DNA of 27,303 nt, from positions 1 to 27,303 of the IMG/VR virus record IMGVR_UViG_3300025530_000004; one strand, written 5' to 3'. Position 1 is the first letter of the stretch; each line of letters starts with the position of its first letter. A program made the position numbers and the translations under genes. Source of the stretch: a virus. Below the pieces are notes generated by a model, which was given only the letters and a program-made list of their open reading frames with translations, was not told the DNA's origin and searched no databases. Shown piece after piece: positions 14,658-23,021 of this stretch.

Positions 14658-16334
14658 TTGTTTACGAACAGTTCTTTCAGCGGGGTTGTTGGAGACGATA
14701 ATCGTACTTTTATCGAAGAAACAGACTTTTCAATCGTTCCCCCAGACACTATCGTGTACGAAGGAGATCTTAGGGAGAATTTTATCTTCAAACAAGGAGA
14801 AGCGTTTCCGACCGAGTCGATCCGCAGTCGCGCTAGTGTCTATCTGACCAATTCCTACATCTACGAGAAGAAGCTTTCTCCTGTCTTTGGTCAGTTTCTC
14901 ACTAACTTGCACGACTATCAGCAGGACTATCTAACGAACATGCCCATTTTGAGTCTCATTCCTTCTTTGTCGGACTTCACTACCATCACGGAAACTTGGG
15001 TTTCTATGATGGCTAAAACCCTCCCTCGTATCGAAGGGAATGACTTTGAGAAAATCGGTCTTCTGTCGGAAATCATCTCCGCGTCTAACTTCGACATCGC
15101 CTATCGCAACGCTTTTCGGAGTTCGCAAATCTTGTACGGGAATGCCATTCTGATGATCCAGAAAACTCGTGGGGGTAATTTCTCCTTTGTCGAGATCAAC
15201 CCTAAGAACTGGATACCCGTTATGCATCCGGAAGACCCTACCAGCATCGCCATCAACCTTATCTTCAACACGTTCGAGAAGCACGGCGAAAAGTTTGTCG
15301 AGTTTATCGCGTATCATGAGGATGGTTTCATCGAGAAGTTTACCTTCCAACATAACGGGGGTATCCTTGGTGACCTTTTGGACTATAAGGAAGGTTGGGC
15401 GTTCGACGACCCTGATCTCGGTATTTCCCCTATCGTCGTCTTTTCCGGGGACTCGCTCAACGGTTCGGTCTACGGTTTAGACAAGTACCGCTACTGGGAG
15501 TCGGCTATCACTGCTTGTATTATGGCGTTCAAAAACGTCATGATTCTTGACGAGCGGTTGAAGGAAATCCACCGTATCGTACCGGCTAGTGCCACGGAAA
15601 GGGATATCAGAACAGGGGCAACCTACCTCCCTAATAAGGGGGTAATCACTTTCGAGGCAACCCCGGAGCAACCTCAAGCTCCCGACATCAAGGTTGTCGT
15701 CCCTGAAGTCGATAGGCAACTCAAAGCCGCTCTCGACGTTTACGACATGGCGGTCAAGCGTCTTTCGCGTGATACGGGCATCATCATCAGTCTCTTGAAC
15801 CCGGATGCTATCTCAACCGGAAACCTTTCTTCGCAAACTCTCCGACTCTTGCTTCTGCGTACGGAAAATGCAGCTCAGGCGTTTATGACCTTGATGAAGA
15901 AACCGTTGCATGAGTTGGTTTCCAAGGTTGCGAAAATCGCGGGTATTGGTCTCGAGCCTTCTGAAATCTCTCTGAACTTCAATTACACTATCGCGCAAGA
16001 CCCAGAGGTAATGACCAAAATGGTTCAAGAACGTGTTGGTCGTCAGCAGACTATGACTCTTGAGGACGCTATCGCTATCCTCGACAACAAGCCAATGCAC
16101 GAGGCTATCCTTACCGCCAACAAAATTCGTGGTATCCAGAATCCCGAATCAACCTCCGACGTTTCCCTTCGTGATTCCGGCGGTAAATCGGAGGTTTCGG
16201 ATATCAACTTCACGTCGGTAACCACCGATCCGGGGGTTAATAAAGACGCCCCGTCTGGGGGTATTAAGGAGCAAGAGTTCTCACTGATTGGGGGTATGAA
16301 CCTTGGAACGGAAAACAAAGCACCTTCGACCTAA
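14658..16334 (+). CDS. Portal protein (558 aa)
   Basis: TTG 14658 follows AGGAGG (14642-14647). Size and position between TerL and the prohead protease support the call. Confidence 0.75.
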   Translation: MFTNSSFSGVVGDDNRTFIEETDFSIVPPDTIVYEGDLRENFIFKQGEAFPTESIRSRASVYLTNSYIYEKKLSPVFGQFLTNLHDYQQDYLTNMPILSLIPSLSDFTTITETWVSMMAKTLPRIEGNDFEKIGLLSEIISASNFDIAYRNAFRSSQILYGNAILMIQKTRGGNFSFVEINPKNWIPVMHPEDPTSIAINLIFNTFEKHGEKFVEFIAYHEDGFIEKFTFQHNGGILGDLLDYKEGWAFDDPDLGISPIVVFSGDSLNGSVYGLDKYRYWESAITACIMAFKNVMILDERLKEIHRIVPASATERDIRTGATYLPNKGVITFEATPEQPQAPDIKVVVPEVDRQLKAALDVYDMAVKRLSRDTGIIISLLNPDAISTGNLSSQTLRLLLLRTENAAQAFMTLMKKPLHELVSKVAKIAGIGLEPSEISLNFNYTIAQDPEVMTKMVQERVGRQQTMTLEDAIAILDNKPMHEAILTANKIRGIQNPESTSDVSLRDSGGKSEVSDINFTSVTTDPGVNKDAPSGGIKEQEFSLIGGMNLGTENKAPST

Positions 16335-17472
16335 GCATAAATCTCGTTTGCGGTCTTTTGGCGTTCCATCTGAAGAGGACTTTCAGACTATCAAAGAATT
16401 TTTGAAACATCCAGTCGCCAAAGAAGACTTGTTTGTATATTCGGTAAAGCTGTGCGATAACCTTTTGGATCGAGGAGGCGAGTTCTTCTCGATCCCGGCT
16501 TTGCATCAGCTTGCTGATCTCTTTGTCGGTATCGGGGGTATCTTCAGTCACAACTGGCGGGGTTCGGAACATCATTCCCGCATCTACAAAACGGAAGTCC
16601 TCTCCGACGACTCTATCGAAAAAACGCCAGTAGGGGAACCGTATACCTATGTTGTAGCCTACGTCTACACGCTTAACACCGAAGAAAATAAACCTTTCCT
16701 CGACAAGCTGAAGGCGGGCATCTACCAAGAGGTTTCGATCGGCTTCGAAAGAGCAAAGACTTCCAAAGTTCCCTACGGTGAAAGAAAGGCGGTGCGCATC
16801 GACGAGATCGCAGATGTTTACGAGTGGTCGTTTGTGGCTGTCCCTGCCCAGCCCTTTGCGGGGGTAGTTAAGTCCTATAAACAGTCTAAGGAGGAAGGAA
16901 GCATGAGTTGGGAAACGGCTCTTGCCAAGCTGAAAAGCGCTCAAGGTATCGAGGCTTCCACCGTGCAGGTGATCGAAAATCATCTGTTGCGGTTTAAGTC
17001 GCTCGAGCGCGAGTTGGAAGACACGAAATCCAAGGTCAAGTCTCTCGAGGAAGAACTGGTGGCGAGCAAGCTCGATCACGCCATCGATGCGATCCTGACC
17101 GAACTCGAACCCATCGACGAAGTGGCGGCTGAACTGGCGTCTGGTTTGATCCGCGATAAGCTGGCGATCGGTGAAGAAGAGGAAGAGGTCATCGGGGTCG
17201 ATGAAGCTCGAGATGAGCTGAAGACCAAGTACCATTTCCTGTTCAAGAACTGCAAGTCGGACGCTCACTCCGAGGCGTATGAGTTCGAAGAGGAGGAAAG
17301 GGAGTCGGAGGAGTTCAAGTCCAAGACCAAATCCGCCCCTCAACGGCGTGTTGGTATCGACTTCTCGAAGTTCTCCAACCGCTCGTTGAAGGAGTACCGG
17401 GGTTCGTCGGATACGGATCTGAAGTCCTTCTTCGCTAAGAAGCTCAACGAAGTAAAAGGGGGTAAAAACTAA
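16303..17472 (+). CDS. Prohead serine protease (S78/HK97-type) fused to a coiled-coil acidic scaffold-like C-terminal half (389 aa)
   Basis: FSHNWRG...GIYQEVSIGFE...EWSFVAVPAQPFAGV fits the S78 motif order. The C-terminal half is heptad/acidic (LERELEDTKSKVKSLEEEL...). TTG 16303 lies 7 nt after GGGGGT and overlaps the portal 3' end. Confidence 0.7.
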   Translation: MERKTKHLRPKHKSRLRSFGVPSEEDFQTIKEFLKHPVAKEDLFVYSVKLCDNLLDRGGEFFSIPALHQLADLFVGIGGIFSHNWRGSEHHSRIYKTEVLSDDSIEKTPVGEPYTYVVAYVYTLNTEENKPFLDKLKAGIYQEVSIGFERAKTSKVPYGERKAVRIDEIADVYEWSFVAVPAQPFAGVVKSYKQSKEEGSMSWETALAKLKSAQGIEASTVQVIENHLLRFKSLERELEDTKSKVKSLEEELVASKLDHAIDAILTELEPIDEVAAELASGLIRDKLAIGEEEEEVIGVDEARDELKTKYHFLFKNCKSDAHSEAYEFEEEERESEEFKSKTKSAPQRRVGIDFSKFSNRSLKEYRGSSDTDLKSFFAKKLNEVKGGKN

Positions 17473-18869
17473 TGGCGACGACTACGGCTGTTATCGAAGC
17501 GGCTTTGGCGTACCAGAACCAAGCCATCATGCAACCTATCGTCGATTCGAAGGTTGCCGCACTCTTGCACGACCCGTCCCGCTTCCAGTTCGCCAAGGCT
17601 GGGGCGAAAACCTTCGTCCGTGAGGTGACTGGCGGTAATGCCGTCGATTACGATCCGGCGGATGGTTTCCACGGTGCGTCCTCCGGGGGTAGCGTCGAGT
17701 GGGTCGAGTTCAACGCTCCTTTTGATCGGGCTATTGTCGATTCCATCGACACGATCAAAGACCTCGACTCGTTCCTCGCTGGAATGACGCCATCGTCCAA
17801 GTTGCTCAACAATCAAACGTGGCGTAACTTTGCGGCTGAGCTGGACGCGGTATCCATCGCCAGCATCACCAATACCACCAACAGCGCAAACATCTACACG
17901 GACAGCACGCCGGGTTTCAGTCTTGAACCTGATCAGTTCATGTCCACGCTGATCAACATCCAGCAAAAAATCTTCAGTGGCGAGGGGGTAGCGAACGGAC
18001 AAGGCTACTCCGGCGACGTTCTTGCTTTCGTTGACTCGGAGGTTTTTGGAGCATACATGACGTACATCTCCAGTAAGTACGCTTTGGCGAACCCGACTAT
18101 CCTCCATCCGACCAAGCGAACGATTCCGATGACGCTGGTTCCGGGACATGAGAAGCTCACGATCAACGTCGACTTCTATGAGTTCCAAACGGGTTACGGA
18201 ACGATCCTCCTGAACGTCGTACCTTCGTCTCGTATGTACCGGGAGGTTGAACTCCTTGACGGTCGGGGTAATTCGGGTGGTTTCGTCCCGGCAGAAGGTG
18301 CGGAGCACGTTCGTCTTCTGGTGGTTCCGAAGGAAGGTGCGGTTCTCTCCATTCGTCACTTTGTCGCTGGTCTTTCGCTTCCGATGGTTTTGGGGGTATA
18401 TGAGGAGATTTTCAAGCGTCCTGAAACGCTTGACTTCCTGTTCGACTACTACGGAGGTCGCGTCGACTTTACGGATATGGGCATCACGCAACTGGCTGAT
18501 GCGATCCAGTTCAAGAGCCGTATCAAATACGGTGTGGCGCACTTCAAGACTTATCGCAAGCTGACCTACGTGGTTCTCGGTGAAACCTTCACCCCAACCT
18601 CTCTCGTTGTCACTCCCGCTACGGTTACGGTTGAAGAAGGGGCGGAAGAAGAACTCACCTTCGAGATCACCGACGGCGATACGACGGTCGAGGTTCCGGC
18701 GGACTCCAAGTATATCAGTGTACAGGTTTTGGATACCAACACGGCGACCTACGCTGACGGCAAGGTTACCGGGGTAGCTCAAGGAACCACGCAACTGATT
18801 GTGGTGTACACGGGTTCGTCCACTCCGCTCATCACCACGGTCGACGTCACGGTCACAACACCTGCTTAA
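17472..18869 (+). CDS. Major capsid protein with a C-terminal Ig-like (Big_2-type) domain (465 aa)
   Basis: The ATG overlaps the protease stop (TAATG). Position after the protease/scaffold supports the call. The C-terminal 90 aa (VTPATVTVEEGAEEELTF...KVTGVAQGTTQLIVVY...VTVTTPA) look like a bacterial Ig-like fold. Confidence 0.8.
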   Translation: MATTTAVIEAALAYQNQAIMQPIVDSKVAALLHDPSRFQFAKAGAKTFVREVTGGNAVDYDPADGFHGASSGGSVEWVEFNAPFDRAIVDSIDTIKDLDSFLAGMTPSSKLLNNQTWRNFAAELDAVSIASITNTTNSANIYTDSTPGFSLEPDQFMSTLINIQQKIFSGEGVANGQGYSGDVLAFVDSEVFGAYMTYISSKYALANPTILHPTKRTIPMTLVPGHEKLTINVDFYEFQTGYGTILLNVVPSSRMYREVELLDGRGNSGGFVPAEGAEHVRLLVVPKEGAVLSIRHFVAGLSLPMVLGVYEEIFKRPETLDFLFDYYGGRVDFTDMGITQLADAIQFKSRIKYGVAHFKTYRKLTYVVLGETFTPTSLVVTPATVTVEEGAEEELTFEITDGDTTVEVPADSKYISVQVLDTNTATYADGKVTGVAQGTTQLIVVYTGSSTPLITTVDVTVTTPA

Positions 18870-18871
18870 TC

Positions 18872-18892
18872 GAGAGGGGGTAATCCCCTCTC
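18872..18892 (+). other. Stable hairpin directly after the capsid gene (GAGAGGGG / CCCCTCTC, loop GTAAT), no U-tract
   Basis: 8-bp inverted repeat read directly. Possibly a partial terminator or an mRNA 3'-stabiliser. Confidence 0.5.
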
Positions 18893-18922
18893 CTTCCACA
18901 TACTCTAGAGGAGGGGTAGTCA

Positions 18923-19138
18923 ATGAGCGAGTACGTTCGCATCAAATTCGCTGGGGTAAATGTCAGCATCCCGGCGACTGATCTTCGCCGCATCAAGGAG
19001 AAGATTGAAGCTGGTGGAGAGCTTATCAAAGACGAGCGAGGTAATCCTCGAGTCTTTTCGTCCACCGAACTTCCGGGTAAGAAGCGGGACACCATCAAGG
19101 CGTTGAAAGAATTGGAAACGCAAATTCGGGGTCGTTAA
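18923..19138 (+). CDS. Hypothetical small head-module protein (71 aa)
   Basis: ATG 18923 follows GGAGGGGTAGTCA. Confidence 0.6.
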   Translation: MSEYVRIKFAGVNVSIPATDLRRIKEKIEAGGELIKDERGNPRVFSSTELPGKKRDTIKALKELETQIRGR

Positions 19139-19152
19139 AGGAGGGGTAACCT

Positions 19153-19779
19153 ATGCACGATCTGACGGACTATCCTAAAATCCAAGGAGAATACTCCTAC
19201 GTCACGGTCGAGGAAGCCGACCAGATCGTGGCGAGGTATTTTCGTTCTGACGACCCTGTGCGTATCAAGTGGTTGGGTAAACCATCCACTGATCCTGAAG
19301 TTCCTTCGATACCCCCGCTCCCGGTTGAGGATAAAGAAATCCTTCTTCTGCGGAGCTTGGAGTATATCGACTCCCTGCGCTTTCGAGGTCGCAAAGCCGA
19401 CATCGGGCAGATGCTTCAGTTTCCTCGTTTTGTTAAAGGTATCGGCTTTTCGGTCATTTTCCTCCCTTTTATACCGCAAGCCTACGATCCTAACGTCCTT
19501 TCGGACGACTTTGGCTCTCCCGACGGTGGTTTGAAAGTGGCTAAGAAAGCGCAGGCTGTCAATGCGGCATTCGGTGCGATGACTGACGCTAGTCAGGTAG
19601 CTTTGAACATCTACGCCCGCGAGGTGACAGGGGTATCCTCCCTTCGCTCGGGGTCTTTGGCGGAAACTTACACGTCACCTTCGGCAAGGGCGCGGGCGAT
19701 TCTTGCAGGGAACTTCGCTCCCGATATTGTTGATAATATCCTGAAGGACTGGCTCAGCTCGTCCAAATTCGCTTTGTAG
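19153..19779 (+). CDS. Putative head-tail connector / head completion protein (208 aa)
   Basis: ATG 19153 follows AGGAGGGGTAACC. The call is positional. Confidence 0.5.
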   Translation: MHDLTDYPKIQGEYSYVTVEEADQIVARYFRSDDPVRIKWLGKPSTDPEVPSIPPLPVEDKEILLLRSLEYIDSLRFRGRKADIGQMLQFPRFVKGIGFSVIFLPFIPQAYDPNVLSDDFGSPDGGLKVAKKAQAVNAAFGAMTDASQVALNIYAREVTGVSSLRSGSLAETYTSPSARARAILAGNFAPDIVDNILKDWLSSSKFAL

Positions 19780-19793
19780 AGGGAGGGGGTATT

Positions 19794-20102
19794 GTGCTAC
19801 TTCTAAAACAGAGGTTAGTCACTGACGTCGAGTACGAACCTTTCCAAGGTCGTGATACTATCAACCGTCTTCCTGTCTACGGAGAGAAGCGAATTATCAA
19901 GGCGTTTAGACAAGGTCAGTACAAGAAGATCAGGAACTCCGAGGGGACTGCGGTAAAAGCAGAGTTTCTTTACATTACGGAGGAACCTGTCGAACCTCAA
20001 AGTCTTTTAGACGGTTATCCGGTTATATCCTGCTCCCCGCACTATGAAAACCATTTCAATCCGAGGATCGGGCATTACGAAGTTTGGGTAGGTGAGAAAT
20101 AA
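19794..20102 (+). CDS. Putative head closure protein (102 aa)
   Basis: GTG 19794 follows GGGAGGGGGTAT. Size and position are typical of head-tail joining proteins. Confidence 0.5.
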   Translation: MLLLKQRLVTDVEYEPFQGRDTINRLPVYGEKRIIKAFRQGQYKKIRNSEGTAVKAEFLYITEEPVEPQSLLDGYPVISCSPHYENHFNPRIGHYEVWVGEK

Positions 20103-20587
20103 TGCATGTGACTGTACGCCTTCCCAACGATAAGCCCGTCGCCTTTGATAGCGAGGAGCGTTCTCTTATCATCGACCGAGCCTTCGCCGCAAATCCTCGT
20201 CTCTTGACAGATTTTCTACGGGATGTGGCGAACGACGTTTTCAAGTGGTCGCAGTATTTCGTTCCTGTTGACACGGGGTATTTGAAGAGTACGGGATACG
20301 TCAAGCAGGTCGGACGTTTTACTTTTGAGGTTGGATATACTGCTCCGTATGCGATTTACGTTCACGAGATATTGGGGAATAGACATAAGTACCCAACTAG
20401 AGCAAAATTTCTGACTCAAGCTTTCTCGCTCGTAATGACACTCCTTGTTACAAGCTTTGGGTCGGAAAATATTCCGAATTTCAATGTCACGTTTGTCGCC
20501 AAACCGACTATGCACCTTCGGATTTCTGGAAACAAAGACCTCCAGAGCAAATTTGCTCATACTTGGAGGAGGTGGGTTCCGCTTTGA
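20102..20587 (+). CDS. HK97 gp10-family tail-completion/neck protein (161 aa)
   Basis: VPVDTGYLKSTGYV matches the family hallmark (P-x-D-T-G-x-L). The ATG overlaps the upstream stop (TAATG). Confidence 0.7.
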   Translation: MHVTVRLPNDKPVAFDSEERSLIIDRAFAANPRLLTDFLRDVANDVFKWSQYFVPVDTGYLKSTGYVKQVGRFTFEVGYTAPYAIYVHEILGNRHKYPTRAKFLTQAFSLVMTLLVTSFGSENIPNFNVTFVAKPTMHLRISGNKDLQSKFAHTWRRWVPL

Positions 20588-21015
20588 GTGTTTCTTTGGC
20601 TCTTTATAAAGCTTTAGTCGCTCTATTCCCGGATTCGGGGTATGCTCCCGGTCTCAACAATATCGACTTCAAAGAGAAAAACTCCTATGCGTTGTACTTT
20701 ACGGGAGGAGCCCCAGTCAATCGGGAAGTCTCTGAAGGTCGTTACCTTAACCGTTACCTTCAACTTGGGTTGTATCTTCAGACGAGTGACAAATCCGAAG
20801 AAGATCTTAAGGGGTATGCCTTCTTAGATCACGTCATGTCGAAACTCCAATCTTTGAAGGACTACACTTTCACGGATGACTCGGGGTATACAGTCAACAT
20901 CCAGCGAGTCGATCTTCTCAGCGATATCATCTCGTTAGGGACAAATGAGTTCGGGATAGCCCGATACTCTTTGAACTTTGCAGTATTATTCCAAGGAGGG
21001 AAAAACAGTGAGTGA
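20584..21015 (+). CDS. Putative tail terminator / tail completion protein (about 143 aa)
   Basis: TTG 20584 overlaps the upstream stop (TTGA) and lies 10 nt after GGAGGAGG (20566-20573). TTG 20563 and GTG 20572 are in-frame alternatives. Confidence 0.5.
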   Translation: MSVSLALYKALVALFPDSGYAPGLNNIDFKEKNSYALYFTGGAPVNREVSEGRYLNRYLQLGLYLQTSDKSEEDLKGYAFLDHVMSKLQSLKDYTFTDDSGYTVNIQRVDLLSDIISLGTNEFGIARYSLNFAVLFQGGKNSE

Positions 21016-21796
21016 TCTTTTCTATGCGGCAGTCAACCAAGGCGTCGAGGTATACTTTTCTCCCGACCCGGATAAGAACCCGACTGCGGAACAAATGCTC
21101 GGTCGCGTCCAGAACATTACGGGTGGCGGTGCTTCTGTTGAGTTGGTCGACACTACGTCGGTCACGGACAAAACGTCCTACAAGAAGCACAGCCCGTTGC
21201 TGGCGGAGCATGAAGAGTTCGTTTTGACGCTCTTTACTGACAGCGATAACTTCAAAGTCATCCGCGAGAAGTACCTCAAGGGTGGACCGAATAGCTGGAA
21301 GGGTCGTCTCGGTTTCAAGTTCCCGCGTGTTGCGGAAACGGCGCAGGTTCAGGACATCGTCTATGTGGGGGTAATCTCGGGCTTCACTCCGTTCAATGAA
21401 ATCAGCACCACCACTGTACGCCAGTTCACGTTACGGTTCAAGCCCGCTGGAGATCCGATGGTGTTCCCGGATTTTGGTGAAGTCACGAACCTTGCGGCAA
21501 GCCCGAAAACGTTCACCCACACGGGTGGGCAGACTACGGTCACTATCACCGGGACTGGGCTTCGCGACGGTATCTTGGTTTGGCTCACCGATGCGGTGGA
21601 CAACATTCCTATCGAAGGAGAAGGTGTTTGGGGTCTTACGAAAGGGACTGCAACTTCGCAGACCGTCACCCTCAACGTCCCTCCGAATCCGGGGGTATCC
21701 TCTATCACCTATGATGTAGTGGCGTACAACAATGGAGACCTCTCCGTTCCCTACGAAAAAACGGACTCGATTACGGTCAATCAGGAGTCTTCCTAA
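21008..21796 (+). CDS. Major tail protein with a C-terminal Ig-like domain (262 aa)
   Basis: GTG 21008 lies 7 nt after AAGGAGGG and overlaps the upstream stop (GTGAGTGA). It is followed by a very strong terminator. The C-terminus is VTNLAASPKTFTHTGGQTTVTITGTGL. Confidence 0.75.
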   Translation: MSDLFYAAVNQGVEVYFSPDPDKNPTAEQMLGRVQNITGGGASVELVDTTSVTDKTSYKKHSPLLAEHEEFVLTLFTDSDNFKVIREKYLKGGPNSWKGRLGFKFPRVAETAQVQDIVYVGVISGFTPFNEISTTTVRQFTLRFKPAGDPMVFPDFGEVTNLAASPKTFTHTGGQTTVTITGTGLRDGILVWLTDAVDNIPIEGEGVWGLTKGTATSQTVTLNVPPNPGVSSITYDVVAYNNGDLSVPYEKTDSITVNQESS

Positions 21797-21826
21797 CTTC
21801 TCCGAGCATACACTCCCCGAAAGCTG

Positions 21827-21870
21827 GAGCGCGAAGAAAATTTTCTTTTGCGCTCTTTCTTTTTGTTTTT
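21827..21870 (+). terminator. Strong rho-independent terminator after the major tail protein gene
   Basis: GAGCGCGAAGAA..TTCTTTTGCGCTC hairpin (21827-21855) followed by TTTCTTTTTGTTTTT. Confidence 0.9.
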
Positions 21871-21933
21871 AAGGAACTTTTTTAAGACACACGGTTAATA
21901 TTTAATAGGAAGGAAAACACGGAGGTGTCTAAA

Positions 21934-22437
21934 ATGAGTACGCAAGACAAGGTTACTACTAAAGCAACTTCTCAACGTCAGACCAACTCTAAGTCTGGCG
22001 CGAAGAAAGAGAATAAGGGTGATTCGCTCCACGCCCGCGCCACGCGCCTTTTCGCTGATCTTGGTATCCGTTACACGATGGACTCGTTCCGCTTTATCGT
22101 CGATAACGATATCAAGCTCGACTCGCTCCTTGAAGCCACTCCGCGCAACACGCACACTCTTGTCCAGCTCGGTATCGAAGGGCATGACTCTGAACGCGCA
22201 TTTGAGCTGATCTTCAAGTGGCAGGATACGTATAAGCTGTCCTACAAAACACTTCACAATTTCTGTATCGAGGCGGCTAAGGCGACAGGTTTTTTTATCT
22301 CGGAGAGGGACATCGAGGTTCTCTCGGTGGAAGCGGAGAAGAATCCGGAGTCTCTCAATCAGGTGCTTCAAACGGTTCTTCCGACTCTGTCGGGAGCGGT
22401 CAACAGCATGCTCAGCCTGACGCAGGAGGAGACTTAA
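21934..22437 (+). CDS. Tail assembly chaperone (gpG-like, 167 aa)
   Basis: ATG 21934 lies 8 nt after GGAGG (21921-21925). Its position between the major tail and tape measure genes supports the call, and it contains the slippery run. Confidence 0.7.
   Translation: MSTQDKVTTKATSQRQTNSKSGAKKENKGDSLHARATRLFADLGIRYTMDSFRFIVDNDIKLDSLLEATPRNTHTLVQLGIEGHDSERAFELIFKWQDTYKLSYKTLHNFCIEAAKATGFFISERDIEVLSVEAEKNPESLNQVLQTVLPTLSGAVNSMLSLTQEET
22290..22296 (+). promoter_or_regulatory. Candidate -1 programmed frameshift site T TTT TTT (X XXY YYZ phase in the G frame)
   Basis: G-frame codons are ggt ttt ttt atc. The -1 frame is open from 22281 to 22829. An imperfect hairpin at 22301-22327 starts 4 nt downstream. 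Confidence 0.5.
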
Positions 22438-22829
22438 AGCAACAGTACGAGGAGCTTCTCGCCTTTTGTCTTTCCGAGGGTCTTGCTCTTTCCGACTTTT
22501 TGGCTCTCACGGTCAATGAGGTCAATGCGTTCATGCGGTTAACGGTCAAGCGCAGGGAGCGTCAGATCAACGACGGTCTATTCCTGCAACACACTCTCGC
22601 CATCTTGGTAGCTCAAGCGTTCGCAGGGGGTAAAGACTTCCCGCAAACTCCCCCGACCGTTAATCTGTCGGGCGCTATCGCCGCCGCTTCTTCGCCTTCT
22701 GCGCCTGAAGAGCCTAAGCCCCTTGACCCACAAGCGGTGCGTTCGATCCTTCCGGGAACCGCAAACTTCTCGCAACCGAAGATCACTCCTAAGCCTGTTC
22801 CGGTAAAGAAGGCTGGTGATCCAAAATGA
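22296..22829 (+). CDS. gpT-like extension expressed as a G-T fusion by -1 frameshift (fusion about 298 aa)
   Basis: The frame is open with protein-like sequence (..DLKQQYEELLAFCLSEGLALSDFLALTVNEV..) for 219 nt upstream of the only start codon (TTG 22500). That TTG has no SD. Confidence 0.55.
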   Translation, partial: YLGEGHRGSLGGSGEESGVSQSGASNGSSDSVGSGQQHAQPDAGGDLKQQYEELLAFCLSEGLALSDFLALTVNEVNAFMRLTVKRRERQINDGLFLQHTLAILVAQAFAGGKDFPQTPPTVNLSGAIAAASSPSAPEEPKPLDPQAVRSILPGTANFSQPKITPKPVPVKKAGDPK

Positions 22830-23008
22830 CCTCGGCTGAACTTCGCAAAGAGGTTAATCGTCGCATGCGGGGGTATAAGAATAAGTACGACTCGACCTAC
22901 TTGCGCGTCGTCACTATGATAACCGTTGCTAACAACGTCCCGGTTTCTGAGGGTGTGCTTATCGCTTGGTATAACTACTGTCTCTCGCTTTTACCGCCAG
23001 TCGACTAA
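22826..23008 (+). CDS. Hypothetical small protein (60 aa)
   Basis: The ATG overlaps the upstream stop (ATGA). The RBS is weak. Confidence 0.45.
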   Translation: MTSAELRKEVNRRMRGYKNKYDSTYLRVVTMITVANNVPVSEGVLIAWYNYCLSLLPPVD

Positions 23009-23021
23009 GGAGGTGTAATTC

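Noticed and set aside
16264-17343. 359-aa minus-strand ORF antisense to the protease/scaffold gene. Similar long antisense ORFs lie at 10492-11799, 25059-26003 and 6153-6998.
   Set aside because: Same reasoning. All lie fully inside well-supported + strand genes, lack ribosome-binding sites and promoters, and have arginine-rich, repeat-like translations.
17469-18923. 484-aa minus-strand ORF exactly antisense to the major capsid gene
   Set aside because: It is a shadow ORF. It is codon-aligned antisense to a strongly biased gene that avoids TTA/CTA/TCA. It has no RBS, an Arg/Leu/Val-rich low-complexity translation and no partner genes on the minus strand. The + strand gene has clear capsid context.
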